Assembly: GCA_964234715.1 (NCBI GenBank)
Contig: OZ174284.1
Strand: one strand, 5' to 3'
Origin: Podarcis melisellensis
Lineage: Eukaryota
DNA length: 64,000 nt
In this document: positions 1-12,768 of the stretch, piece by piece
Layout: each line of letters begins with the position of its first letter
How positions within the stretch are numbered: the stretch's first letter is position 1
Made by a program: the position numbers and the translations under genes
Notes under the pieces: generated by a model
The model's input: only the letters and a program-made list of their open reading frames with translations
Database searches by the model: none
What the model was told of the DNA's origin: nothing

Positions 1-833
1 TGAAGAAGGATGGAGGCAGGGAAAGTCAAGAGTGACGACATCACGTTGCATAGCAATTTTCACTGGGCATTAAGAAGGGTGTGTGGGCAGAAGACTACAT
101 GCAGAGTTTGGGGTTTTCAGTAGCAGTCCTGTGTGTGCAGTAACATTTAGTTCTGCTCTTAATGTCTTTCATCTATGTTAATTCCAAGTACCATTCATTA
201 GACCAGGCCATCAAGTGTAGAGGTTCATTCCATTAACAGCAGATGACGATGACAACAACTGTTTCACATGTTGTATTGAATTTCTGTTTCACACGCCTTG
301 AAGCTGTGCATGATTTTGCAGAGAGCATGTGGTACTTGCTGGGGCTGTTCTGTGATGGTCCCTTATGAGGGTGCTAATGCTGATTCAAGGCACAGTGAAT
401 TAAAAAACACAAATTTATATCAATTACTTTCTTCTCTTTTTCATCTTGCTGGGCAAAGTGAAAGCTTCCTTGCCACAACCAAGTTTTATTTCCTAAAGGA
501 AAGCTAGGCAGATGGCTAACTTATATGCATTACCACCTTTTTGCAATAATTGGACAAAACTTTGTCCTGAAGAGGTGAAACGTATTTTCAGAGCAAATGA
601 AACCCGGCTAAGGGAACTTGCCATTTAGGTAGCTTCACAGGCAGAGAAGCCCAAGATCTGATAGAGAAGGGAAATGGTGAATTTTAATTCATTTGTTTAA
701 AAAGATAATTTAATAAAAGAACTTGCAGCTTAGGGAGGGACCAGTCTGTAAAGCTAGCACACAGGTTGTTATGAACCTTTGCATAAAAATGTAGTAAGAA
801 AAGAAAAACACAAAATGGAAGACTGGAAGGTAC

Positions 834-927
834 CTGCTTCTCCCCTAAGAGCCTTCTCAACAGCGACTCCCCTCTCCTCCAGCTGCCTTTGCTTCTCTTC
901 TACTTGCTCCAGCTGTCGTTGGATAAT
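834..927 (-). CDS. MICAL3: MICAL3 exon, bMERB coiled coil (IIQRQLEQVEEKQRQLEERGVAVEKALRGEA), phase 0/1
   Basis: tag|ATT acceptor, GCAG|gtacc donor, 94 nt; canonical bMERB helix sequence. Confidence 0.96.
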
Positions 928-2055
928 CTATGGGAAAAGAGGGAAAACAGACACATAGGTCCTCATTCTCCTGTGTTCAAATGGCAGGATACTAATTTCA
1001 AGAATCTCCAGTGCTTCCAAAGCAGACCAGCGCCACCTAAGAGCTGTTCCAGAGGCAAAAACCAGAGGGGCCTTAAGGTTTTGTAACTGACGATCAACTC
1101 CTGGGGGAAAAGAGAGCACTGATGTTTTCCAAACAGTGGCCCATCTGGGAATTCCCCCCCCCAAGTACCTGGTTTGGCAACATGCTCTCCATGTGTCCTT
1201 AAAAATGGTGGGTGAAGTATCCAGTGTGTGGACACTATGGGGACCAGGGGCTCGTCTACACATTTGCTTTCCCCCAGGGAAATCTACTCTTTAGCACTGA
1301 ATCAGAGCAAATGTCAATCAGGTTTCCCATGGATTGACCTTGCTCCGATTCAGTGCCAAAGAGTAGGTTTTCATGAGGCAAGCAGCGGGGCAAACAGAAA
1401 AGTTCTCAGACTCATGCTTTCTAGACATGGGACAAGCAAAGTGTGGACAAGCCCTAGATATGTGGGAAATACTCACACACCTTTCCCAAAAATACCTTCA
1501 AATAATTTTGGAATCTTTCTTCCACAACATCTCTTAACCATAACCCCCAACTATATTTGAGTAGTATGAATTTGTGTATATTCCTCCTCTTGCCCCAGGG
1601 TCCACCTTCCTCTTCTTTGTCTCCATTTGGTCAAAATCTAGACTGAAAGCTCCTCAGGGCAGGGATATGCCTTTTTGTTTGTGCTGCTGTGTGAAGTGTC
1701 TTCAGGATATTGATAAGTCACACATTCTCCAGTTACTGTTTTGGATCCGTACAAGGCAGAAGTGTACATAGGTATCTTGCTTGCAGCTGCTCATACAGGT
1801 GTCTTACAAAAGCGGCACTCCAGGCAGCAACAAGAGAGTAATATGTACCGTTGTCAAACCTTACATGTAGGAAGTGCAGTTAAATTATGGGAAAACATCA
1901 GGATCATACCACCAGACAGGTCAATGTAATGTGACCTTCCTCGAGACATGCAGTTTTCTGATGCACACTGCAAAGATGTGCACAAAGAAGGTTATTTTCT
2001 TAAAGGCTCATGATTTTTTCTTCCTGGAAATTATGGATGAAAATTATGGCTTTAC

Positions 2056-2163
2056 CTGAGCCCTGTGTAACCTCTTCAGCTCCTCCTGCTTGGCTTGACG
2101 GCGAGCAGCTTTCTGCACCCGCCTGGTAAGTTTGGCGTTGAGCTCATCCTCCGTGTATGCTTT
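2056..2163 (-). CDS. MICAL3: MICAL3 exon, start of bMERB (KAYTEDELNAKLTRRVQKAARRQAKQEELKRLHRAQ), phase 0/0
   Basis: ctgcag|AAA acceptor, CAG|gtaaag donor, 108 nt. Confidence 0.96.
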
Positions 2164-2616
2164 CTGCAGCAATAAAGAGAGGAATGCATTTCAGTCCCTT
2201 ACAACAAAACTGTCAGCCTCAATAAGTAGGAACAGAAGGTGCTACTTGCTGGGCTTTCTTCTCAGTGGGCAAACTGTCAATTTGAGTGCTAACAGTGCAG
2301 TGCGTGGGCCTTGGTGCAGAAGTAAGGTGTGAAGGAAAGGCATGAATCAGGTGCAAAGCAGTGATTTAACAGAGAGCTTCCAGTTACAGCTGCATTCTCT
2401 TCAATTCTCCTTGTGGCTTGCCCTAAAGATAGGAGGTGTCCCTGATTTCATCAACTTTCTTATAAAGAAGGGAGCCTATTGTATTACTTTTTGACCTAGG
2501 CAAAGTAAAAAAAAATAAACCCATGACCAAATCATCTTACGAAGTAGGCTGAGAGTTTGTTGTAGATTAAAGCACATGGTATACTGCCTATTTCCTTGTG
2601 CTACCATGAGACCAGG

Positions 2617-2757
2617 TTGCAACTCCTACCATATTTGCAACTCCTACCAATCACTTAATCAGCAGGGCATGGAACCACTCAACCTGCATTTTCAATGCAA
2701 CAATAGAGGAAACTCATTATCTAAAGGCCTATGTAATGTACTAAAGGCCTATGTAAT
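2617..2757. repeat. Two short tandem duplications
   Basis: ttgcaactcctacca x2 and ctaaaggcctatgtaat x2. Confidence 0.85.
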
Positions 2758-4282
2758 CACTTCAACCTGCAAGTGGGAATAATGGCAATATGAATTCTTT
2801 ACTATATTAAAAAGTCAATTCTTAGCACATACAAAACTAGAACGCAATGAGGAAAACTACGCAAATATCCTTCCCGCTAACAGAAAAACATTCTAGGCAA
2901 GCATACAACTGTGAGAGAACCCTAACAGCAGTCTTAAATGGTCCAGTAGCAGTTGTGTCACATGGGCCTGCTGATCATACAACTTAGCTATAAATTTGTG
3001 GTGTGAACTAGCTCTATGGGGTTATAAGCTGCCTATGTCTTCCAGTTTTATGGACACATGCTCCAGTGTCTTTTAAACATCTTGTCAAAATCATTAATAT
3101 ACACAGCTAGTTTCAAGATAAACATGCAACTTACAGAGTTGCTTTGGGGCTGTGAATTCACATCCATGTTGTAACAAGATGTGTGGAGCATGTGTTTTCC
3201 TAACATATAATCCTCCCTTGACAATTCAGAGCAGCTCCCCATTGACACAAATATCCCAGCATCTCCTATTACCTTCATGCCATTTAAAAAAATCAAGTCA
3301 ACAAGATTTGGGTGGCTGAAATCCTGGTCAGATTAGAGATTGGAAGTCATTAGAGTTACCAGAGTTTATTAGTGCTAAAAAAAATGCTAAATCACAGGAA
3401 GATCACTTTGGAGCCCCACTAAGCCCATACCTAACAGTTTCACTGGTAGTTTAAGTATTTGGCCACAGAATGTGTAAAAGTGATGTGTTTGCCCTGAGAA
3501 AAACAAATCTGTGAATTGCCTCTTTCATTGCTTTCTTATTCAAGACTCCAACCTGAAACCAAGTGCTACTTCTCATATTATGTTTATATGTTAAAATCCA
3601 CACTTCAGCAGGAAAACCTGCATTTCCTAAGCTGAGAATGCTGGCACATTTCTTTCCCATTTGGCTCAATGTATGCATCAAGAAGTTGAAGCATATACTA
3701 CGCCAAAAGAAGAAAACACACCTGGATGACAACTCTCACATTACAATGTGCACGCTTTCAAAGATGTGCAGATTTCGACACACAAAATGGTAACATGAGA
3801 ATATAACCTGTGAGCAGAGTTGGAAGGCATCGCTGCACAACAAACTTGATACTGGTTTCTCCCAAGAATCTTGAGAACTGTAGCTTGCTGAGAAGTCAGT
3901 TTGACATATCTAGGTCATACTCACATAGAACTCAAGAGTTCCTTAGGGAAATGGAACAGGTACAAAACCAATTACAGCCACTGATGTGAATGTGCTTAGA
4001 ATGGGAAGAGGGGCAACTGAGGTGATAATTGTGATACCCCCTAAAACAATATGTTACTTGGACTGCAATTTGGAACCAGCTTTTATCAATAATTCAGAAT
4101 TAACCAAATGATTTGGAGAACTGTGGAAATGAACACAAGTATTTGCTAAAGTTGTTGTTGCTGTTGTTATTAAAATGACGCTTGTTTTGTGCACTCTACC
4201 TATAGCACTATGTGTATACTTATATTTTTACACTGACTTATACGGAGTGTACAGAAACATATCAACAAATTATAATGGCCAA

Positions 4283-4497
4283 GGCTGCTGTGTGGCATGG
4301 TGATTAGAGTAGAGGACTACAATTGGGGAGATCCAAGCTCAAATCTCCATTCACCTCACTGGGTGACCTTCAGCTGATCTCTTCCTCTCAGCTTACCCTA
4401 CCTATCAGGGTTGTTGTGAGGATAAAATGGGGAAATCTTGTAAGCCACCTTGATCTCCTTGGAGGATGAGCAGAATAAAAATGCAATAAATAATAAA
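4283..4497 (+). mobile_element. tRNA-derived CORE/MIR-like SINE (second copy about 9338-9485)
   Basis: A/B-box remnants, cactgggtgaccttg, cagggttgttgtgaggataaaatgg, A-rich tail. Confidence 0.65.
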
Positions 4498-4636
4498 GTA
4501 AAATAATTTCAATTTATACCAGATATAAGTAAGTACCTAATATGTCCAGCAAAATACCCTTTAAAACCTTTTTTAAAAGCAACAAACCAAGATCAAGAGG
4601 TTTTCTCTCTCTGGTTGATCCTTGATGCACATACTG

Positions 4637-4811
4637 CATGCATTTCAAGTGAGCATGAAGGTTTAGGATTTGACATTTCCTTGATCAGGTTGCCCTTATT
4701 TTTTTTAACCATTTCATACATGCACAGTCAGGAATTACATTAGTACAAACAAAGGCAGGGAGATGGGACATAGACTATAGTTCTGGAAGGTTAATAATGG
4801 GAATGCATGCA
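4637..4811 (-). promoter_or_regulatory. RBFOX-type UGCAUG cluster downstream of the 51-nt exon
   Basis: catgca on + at 4637-4642, 4719-4724 and 4806-4811. Confidence 0.6.
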
Positions 4812-4844
4812 ACTGTGGCCAGTCAATGAGAATGGAGACACTAC

Positions 4845-4895
4845 CTTTGATGCGTATGATCTCTTGAATGCCAAGGCGTGTGGGACGTAAATCGA
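4845..4895 (-). CDS. MICAL3: MICAL3 51-nt cassette (micro)exon SIYVPHALAFKRSYASK, phase 0/0
   Basis: Long polypyrimidine tract with taaag|TCG acceptor, AAG|gtagtg donor. Open in the required phase, CpG-retaining, with downstream UGCAUG motifs. The ORF track misses this frame. Confidence 0.8.
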
Positions 4896-6053
4896 CTTTA
4901 AAAAGGGGGAGGGGGAAGGAATGGCAAAGGCAAAAATAAATAAACAATAAAACCCACACACATAAAATGGAGCACAGTCAGTTAAACATTAAAACGCTGA
5001 AAACAAAATGAACAGTAACAAACACAAAGGTTGCTCGAAGTGCAACATGGCACTATGTATGAGGGTGAATGCTTCAGAATCAGGAAACAAATACTTGACC
5101 AGGCCTGCACTGCCTGTGACCCAAACCCAAATGCAACCTACAAGCCATGGATTGTAGCCTGTCAGATGTACAACCCTACCCCCTACCCAACCCCCGCTGC
5201 CCATTTTGGTAGTCACAGGCAACAGAAAGAGTTGGTTCATCAAACTCTTGGTGCACTAATATACATGGCTTGGGAGCACTGTTCAGCTTGGGAGACGGCA
5301 GGGATCACAACTTGTGGAAGTCCAGGCCAGATCAATTTAGGTACAACATAGCAACAAAGCAGCTGTTTTTAATTAAGAGACGTTATTATTGTTGCTCAGC
5401 CTACTGATTCACTATCATAAGCTTAAATGCATGCAGAAGCTTAACTCTCTTTGCTCCTGCATGAACAGTAAAAAGAGGATTACACAGAGCCCTCTCCTTG
5501 TTTCACTCTTCTGCTGCTTGCATCCTTGCCTGGGCCAAGGCAGAAGCAAACGGAAGTTTGCAGCGCAGGTGGATTGGAAGAAAAGGGCTCTGCAAAGCTT
5601 CTGTCACTATTCAGAAGGAATAGTGCAAGGAGGGAGTTTAAAGACCACTATGGCAGTGACAGAGTTCACATGGGAGAAAGCAGCTGATCATACCCCCCCC
5701 CCATATGTGTATCTGTGCTTCTCCCCCGAGGAATAGTCACATAACTATTTCTTGTCTAATGAAACTGTGTATGAATGCCTAGTCTGGCATTCAATTCTGA
5801 CACCAGTCTTCTACTTGAATTGAGATTTACCTTTACTGACGTTATGGTTCTCCACAGGGCACCTAGGCATCCTTCCACCCTGTTTTCACTGGAAAGCACT
5901 CAGTTAAACAATTTTGCAAATGAAAATTTGCATGTGGTGCTGCTTTGGTTAGTTATGCAGGGCAAAGAGCCAAACGGGGCATTGAAGCCCGGTCAATTAC
6001 CCTGGTAAACCTTGCTCCTCCCCAAGGCATTACCCATCTCAGAAGTGTTATAG

Positions 6054-6186
6054 CAGGAATGGGGAAGCTACAGCCCTCCAGAAGTTGTTGGACTACAGCT
6101 CCTATCAGTCCCAGGCAGCTCAGCCAAAGGACAGGGATGAATGGTGTCCAGCAGCAGCTAGTAAACCAGAGTTTTCCCCATCTCTG
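6054..6186. mobile_element. Decayed copy of the 35468-type hAT MITE (others at about 7631-7743, 18763-18874, 20381-20501, 37989-38111, 42173-42309, 43689-43826, 63272-63410)
   Basis: Shared core similar to ctccaga.gttgttggactaca.ctccca, with imperfect palindromy. Confidence 0.65.
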
Positions 6187-6397
6187 TTTCATAGGCTATA
6201 AGTGTAACTTTTTTTTTAATGAAATGTGATTTTTCAGAACACTGAATTTTGTGCCCAATTTTTTTTTTTGCAATTGTATGGTACCTTTTATGGAATTGCT
6301 TAAAGCACACATGTCACTCTGCCTTTCAGTACTTTCATAGTACACTTAATCTTCATTAAATAAATGCATAAACATGAAAGGAAAACTGAAGTGCAAC

Positions 6398-6459
6398 CAG
6401 AGTTTAGACTTTGGGTGCTCCAAAGTCTAAACTCTGTTTGACACCCATAGTGTCAAACA
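6398..6459. repeat. Two abutting perfect inverted repeats (17-bp and 10-bp stems, each with a 5-nt loop)
   Basis: cagagtttagactttgg-gtgct-ccaaagtctaaactctg and tgtttgacac-ccata-gtgtcaaaca. Confidence 0.9.
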
Positions 6460-8952
6460 TCCCCCTTAGCATAAGAGCATAAGAAAAGCCTAGTGGACCA
6501 GGCCAAAGGTTGATCTATTTTGTAACTAGGAGGGGTCCTCCATGACCATAAGCCATAACAGTTGGGGACCCCTGCTTTAGACAAAACCTCAGCCTTCAGC
6601 AGGCTACCAGAGAAGGAAATATATCCTTGAACGAACAGCCAGATACTAAGTATATCAAATACTTGCAACATCAGCACATACACACATACACTGACCAAAG
6701 CTCCAAGAAGCACATATCCCACAGGAAGCTATACCAGCATTTATTTAGAAGCTGCTTCTAGTGTTAGACAGCAGACAAAACTAAAGAGCTAATCGCAAAC
6801 ATTACAGTAAACCACATCAAACAGGCAACCTTTGGGAAGAGGATATGGTATTGCAACAAGAGAGCTAGCTGCTGGGTTTTGGTCTATAAGCAGTTCATGA
6901 TCGGTCATGTAGCAGAGAGAAGAAAATACTGGCTCAGGAGGTACACACAAGACCATGCCCTTGCATTCCAGATTAGTAATCAAATTAAGACCATCCCACA
7001 ACACCCTGCCATTTCTGTTCTCACAACTCACCAGCACGGAAGACATCACACTGGGGCAGTGAAGAGCAAAGGTGGCTCTATGAACTACAACTAAGCAATG
7101 GGGAACAGACTGCAATTGTGTATTTCTTCCTCACAGCTGCTCCCCTCTCTCCTTCACTGAAGTCAAGCCATGTATTGTCACTGACACAACAATCCTGCAG
7201 CCTGCTCCTGATCTCTCTACTGAGGTAAGGGAGCTGCTTTGTTTTATGCATCCCAGCTCAATATCAGAACTGGAGAGGATTAGTTAGTCCATGGAATGTT
7301 TAACCATCCTTTCATTCATGTAACTGGAGGAGTTAAGATTGGTAAAATGACCAATTACTTCTACTCTTTCAGTACATATTCCTTCTTGATGCAACTCTCA
7401 ATGCATATTAATAACAGTTCTTTGCTGTTGATTAAGATACCTGGAATGTCTGCAATATTCAAAATACACAACAAAACAACCATCAAGCACTCCAATAGCT
7501 ATTTAGAGGTGAAGTAATTCTCACTCTTCATCACATGTTGGCCACCTGTGTGAATCAGATGTGGCAGAAGTGCTAACCAATCCATGCTAAGCAGCTATAT
7601 GAATGTTGAGGCAGCTTCAGGACTCTAAGCCAGAGATTGGGTACCAAGGCCCTACAGATGTTGCTGGGCTGCAACTCCCACCCTCCCTGTCTACTGCCTA
7701 TGTTGGCTGGGGAAGGTAGAAATGGGAATCCCACAACATCTGGTCTATGCAGACATGAATAAGTAACTGCTTCATGACTTATCAGAACCCACCACATTGT
7801 TACTACTACCCTCTCCCATGATGCTGTTTCCAGCATCTCCAGGTACCTCCTCATTCCTTTGCATCCCAGATGTAATGTGGAACCTGCCAGGAAAATCCTG
7901 AAGGCAAGCATTTGGGAAGTTGAGGGGCAGGGAAGGGTCCAATAAAAAACAACAACAGCTCAAATATAGGTATGTTAAACATGGGAAGAAACTCAGCGTC
8001 TGAGTATGAAAGACAGTCACATTTACAAGCTTACATCATCATCCTTGGACAGCTGCCTGAGCTGTAATTTATCATCCAAGATAAAAGTGGCCCGTTGGAG
8101 TGCTTACTCACAAGCAGATCTTTTAGCAGGAAAAGCTACAGATTATTTGCTCGACATGCAAATAATCATACTTGCAAATAAGACCTCCATCTTGCCATTT
8201 GAAACAGCGCTTGTAGGGCGTTCTTCACTGTCACAAAACTGAACAGTGCAAGGAACTTAGCACCTCTTTGATGAGGTAGTGACTTTCCCATAAAGCTTGG
8301 AAACTGAGTCCTAAACCAGTGATATGGTTTGTCATGAGGTTTAAACCATACAAGCCATTCCCAGTACACATCAAAGGAACAACAACTGGAACAAACATAC
8401 TAGCTTTGCAAGCTGCATCTCATTCTCAACAGGAGCAATGTGAGATGATAAATTGATGCTACAGATCACACAACTGAGGTTGAGACATAGTCAGTGGAAT
8501 CATTTAGGAAAGAGATCCAGCATTTCCGGCCAAAAGTGAGGATTCCTCAGGAGGACCTATATTTCTGGATCAATGTGTTTGTTCTATACCCCAATGGACA
8601 ACTGATATAAAGCAATTAAGTGGTCAGCGTGCTAAATATGCATGTCACAGTTCCGACATTTGCTAAAAGTGTGTTTGTATAGATAGGCAGATCATCTGAT
8701 CTGTGTAGATACCATATATAGTTATTAATAGATGTGAAAAGCAATGTTCTTCATAAACACTGAGTTTTTACAGTATAATTCCAGATATATCCAAAAGTGG
8801 GCTTTTGTCTGCAGGTTTCTTCCAGCCCAGATAAAGTAAATTAATAGGAAATATTAAACATTAATCACTTCAGCTTTCCTAAGGTTTTATTATTTATCTT
8901 GGCTATGAAAGAGCACAGCTAGCTCAACATTTCCCACCCAGTTTAATCTTAC

Positions 8953-9047
8953 CTCTCGCTTGGATCTCTGTGAAGAGCGCTCTAAGACGTCATCGTTGGA
9001 GAGGTCAGAGTCCTCAGAGAAGCTTAAGTGTCGACGTAGTTGCAAAT
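8953..9047 (-). CDS. MICAL3: MICAL3 exon ((D)LQLRRHLSFSEDSDLSNDDVLERSSQRSKRE), phase 1/0
   Basis: cgcag|AT acceptor, GAG|gtaag donor, 95 nt; matches the MICAL3 LSFSEDSDLS motif. Confidence 0.95.
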
Positions 9048-10910
9048 CTGCGATGGTAAAGAAACAAATCAGATGACACAGCCAGAGGAGCAGCTGGCTT
9101 CATAATGAACTTAGATGATGAGTCTCTTGAAGTCTGAAAAAAAGAACATGCCACCCACTGTGCTACATTGACTAGAGCAGCTACCCCTTTCTCCCGGAGC
9201 AATGCCCTGGCCATTTGTGATCCCCCCTCCCCATTTTTAATGATGTTCTTTGACATCTGTGTGCTCAATTTCTTTAATTTTGAAGGACACATTTCTCCTC
9301 CCTGGTCCCTACTAAATTTATTTCTAACCACATCACTGAGAGCCATGGTGGTGCAGTGGTTACAGTGTTGGGCAGGAACTGGGGAGACTCAGGTTCAAAT
9401 CCTCACTTGGTCATGAAGTTCACTGGGTGACCTTGAGGTACTCACCTAGCCTATCTCACAGGGTTGTTGTTGTGAAGATAAAAAGGAGTGTGTGTTTATG
9501 CATCTATGAGTTCGGTGGAAGAAAGCAAATACACACCAGGTTTATCTGTCCCTGTTTTACCTACAGTAAGACTACATCCCTCCTCTTCTATGACATGGGA
9601 AAGAGATATCGTGCTGCTGGTATTAGTTATAATAATCTGCGGAAGATCTAAGAGTGTGGCCTTTTTGCACCTCCACTAGTAACTTTCTCAGATGCCTTGA
9701 TTTATACTTCTTCAATACTTTTCTTCAAAAAGCAGTGTAGATGTTCCTTGAAGAACAGCTGGGACTTATTCTTTCCATGCCAAGCAAGTTATCTGGAAGG
9801 TACGCTGCCAATTAGGCCAATACTATTGCAACTGGAATGGAAGTTTATGAGCTGGGCCTCAAGCTGCAAGTTGCTGAATATTTCTGATTTCGTCCGAGGC
9901 ACCTTTATTACTTATTCTCCACATAATCAACCTGCTATTTTAAAAGTTATAAACTGAGTCAGACAATATATGAGAAAGAAAACCATCAGACCACTCAGAA
10001 CACTATCCTTCAAACGGATTTGTTCAAGTGGCTTAAAATAAGAGCAGGGCACAGAACCAGACACACCTAATCCTAAACTCCCAAGCCTGGTTGACAATGA
10101 AGCAGACTGTTCATACTGACTTCACCAGGCTTGAGATGGGAACTGGGGGGAGAAAACGATGACTCATACATCAAGCCTAACACTGCTGCTGATACAAATA
10201 TCCCTAGAGTCTGGGTGTTGCAGCAAAATGGGAACTCATGGATGTGTCCAGTCATGCCTCACAAAACTAGGCCACGCATGGGATCTTTTGTAGCCCATTT
10301 GGGGCACTTGGATAAAACAGCTGCTCCCAGTTAGGCAGGGAACAGCGATACCACTGGGTAGCTGTGTACTCCTCCCCCAAATGTGCATGTCTGTGAATAT
10401 GCTGCTTAGGAGTAGGGAGCTAATTCTCAATCATCATCAGAGTGACTGCACCCCCCCCCCAAATCAGGCCTCCCACAAGAAAGCTGTTTCAACAATTTCA
10501 TTTTTAAAAGAGAAAGAGGTTGCAAGAATTGAAGGAGTCCCTGAAAGCACCCACAGAAAATATACATGTGCCTTGCATACATCACTTCAAAGGGAACGTG
10601 TGGTGTGTTGTTCGCCAGATACCATCCATGACTGCTTGGAACTGTGGCACATGAACATCCAGAGGAACACATATTCCTATTCCTCAAGCTAAAACTAGAA
10701 ATCCCATGCTTTTGTAAAATACTATTTTTTCATGCTTTCCCTGTTCCTCTTCTGCTTTTTTATGCTTATCTCTTCCTCCCCCCCCCCTTAATCACCTCCC
10801 AAATCACAGGTTACATTGCTCAAATATCTCTTGGGCTCATATTCTGTGCATGGAAGAAATCTGCAAAAGATTTTCAGGTACACTAAAGAATGCAGTCAGT
10901 GACACTATAC

Positions 10911-12768
10911 CTGCTGCTCTAACTATTGGAGACGCCTTATGCTTCCCAGAATCCACTGTGGCCCCACTGGAAGGTGTACTAGGGCAGGATTTGTCATCTG
11001 TCTTTTTCTTCTTGTCTTTCTTATAGCCAGAGAACACAGACTTCCACAGTGATTTGGGCTTCGTGGCTTCCTCAGCCGCACTGCTGGATTTGTCAGAGAG
11101 CTTGCTGTCATTCTTGGACTTCTTCTCCTTTTTGTTCTTGCGGGGGGAGAAGAGAGAAGTCCTTTTCTTACTCTTCCCTCCAGAGCCTTCTGAGGATGTG
11201 ACTGATCCATCACGCCCACTGGTGTCCGCAAAGGGTGAAAAGAACCTGTCACTACTAGCCTCGTGTTTCAGCGTGGGGCCTTCGCCAGCTTTCATACCCA
11301 AATGCTTCTGGGATTCAAAATACAGCTCTTTGGTCTTTGAAGGCATGGTAGATGCCTTGTGCAACTTGGAAGCGCCAGCAGCATTGGCCATCTCCAGCTC
11401 TTTCATCTTGCATAGCTGCTTAGCCATGGCATCGCGTAAGGCCTGGCTCTTGATGGACTTCTCTCTGGCTCTCATTCTTTCCTCCGCTAGCTCCTTCGCT
11501 TCTGCAGAGACTTGAGGGAGGCCTCTCTTTTGCTGGCTCCCCCCTTCCATTGATGGCGGCCCACCATTCTCTTTAACAAAATGTAGGTGAAGAGACTTCT
11601 CTGGCCTCGGCCTACTGGGGGGCGTGTAATATTTTTCATGGATGCTCGAATCCTCAGTCCTCTCATCATAAGTGTCCTCCACATCATCGGCAAATGGTAT
11701 CTCATCTACACTCTCCACAAATGATTTCCGTACCTCCTCTCTGGAGGGCTGGGATGGCTCCCTGGCTGGCCGGATCCTTTCATTGGCTGCTGGTGGCGGG
11801 TGAGGTGTTTGCATAGAAGCCGGCTTAGACTCAGCCTCATTCTGCCAAGTTGCCTGGTGCCTTTTTCTCCGCAGCGTTGCTGGCTCTTCGTTTTGAGGTG
11901 GTGGAGGAGGAGGGCTGGATGGAGGAGTGAGCATGGTGGAATCAGAAGTGTTGAAACTCTGGCTGGCCAATGTTCTCATGTTTGATGAACTGCCCTGAAG
12001 ACCCAGTCCAGAACTGCTGGACAGCTCTCTCTTAACATCACTCAAATTTTTCAGCTCTCTCTCTGATGGGGATTTTGGAGTCAGCAAAGAAAACTGCTCA
12101 CTGTCTAGCTTTGCTGTGACTGGCTTCTTTGAGGCTGACTGAGGTTTTACAATGTGGATCCCCTTCTCTTCTGAAATACGCTCAGGGGTGTATGTTTTCA
12201 GGGGGGCAGACTCAAGGGGGGAAATGGTAAAGCTTGGCTCTGGTCCCCTGCTTCTGTTCACAGGGGTGAGACCCAAACTCCTCCGGATTTCAGCACTCTT
12301 CATCCAGAACTCCTCCACAAGATTATTCCTTTTCAAAGCTTCTTCTGCTGTGGTAGGGCTCCCCAATTTTTCCATCTCTCCATCTTGATTTTTTAGGGCA
12401 AGCTTGGCCAAAGGAGTGGAGGTTAAGGCTGGGACTGGTTGGAAACAGACAGGTTCCCCTGGAGATTGAATGGATGCTTCACCAGAGGGTAAAGGCTGTG
12501 AACAAATAGGCAAGGGGGTGGCAGGTGGAGATGCAGGTGCTGCAGGAGTTGCTGGCTGCGATTTTACAGGTGATGTTGGTGTGATGGTCTCAGGCATTGC
12601 AACCGGCTGGGACCGTATTGGAGAGAGTGGTGCAGGTGGGCTTTTGACTTTTTGGTCATCACAGATCTTGACTTGCGCCTCCTCTCCTGGGAGGAACGGT
12701 TCAGGGAAAAACCGTACATCGGGGGATTCATCTTTGCAGGGCGCTGTTGCAAGAAGCTCCTTTGAGTC
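10911..12768 (-). CDS. MICAL3: MICAL3 large exon (1858 nt), Pro/Ser-rich disordered region, phase 0/1
   Basis: Core of the 586-aa ORF 10837..12597, extended upstream in frame (DSKELLATAPCKDESPDVRFFPEPFLP...) to tgtgtag|GAC, where the acceptor TAG is an in-frame stop. Donor GCAG|gtatag after ...PIVRAA. Confidence 0.95.

Noticed and set aside
10837-12597. The 586-aa ORF as a stand-alone gene
   Set aside because: It is most of one internal MICAL3 exon (10911-12768). The Met is internal and the last 24 or so residues are intron read-through.
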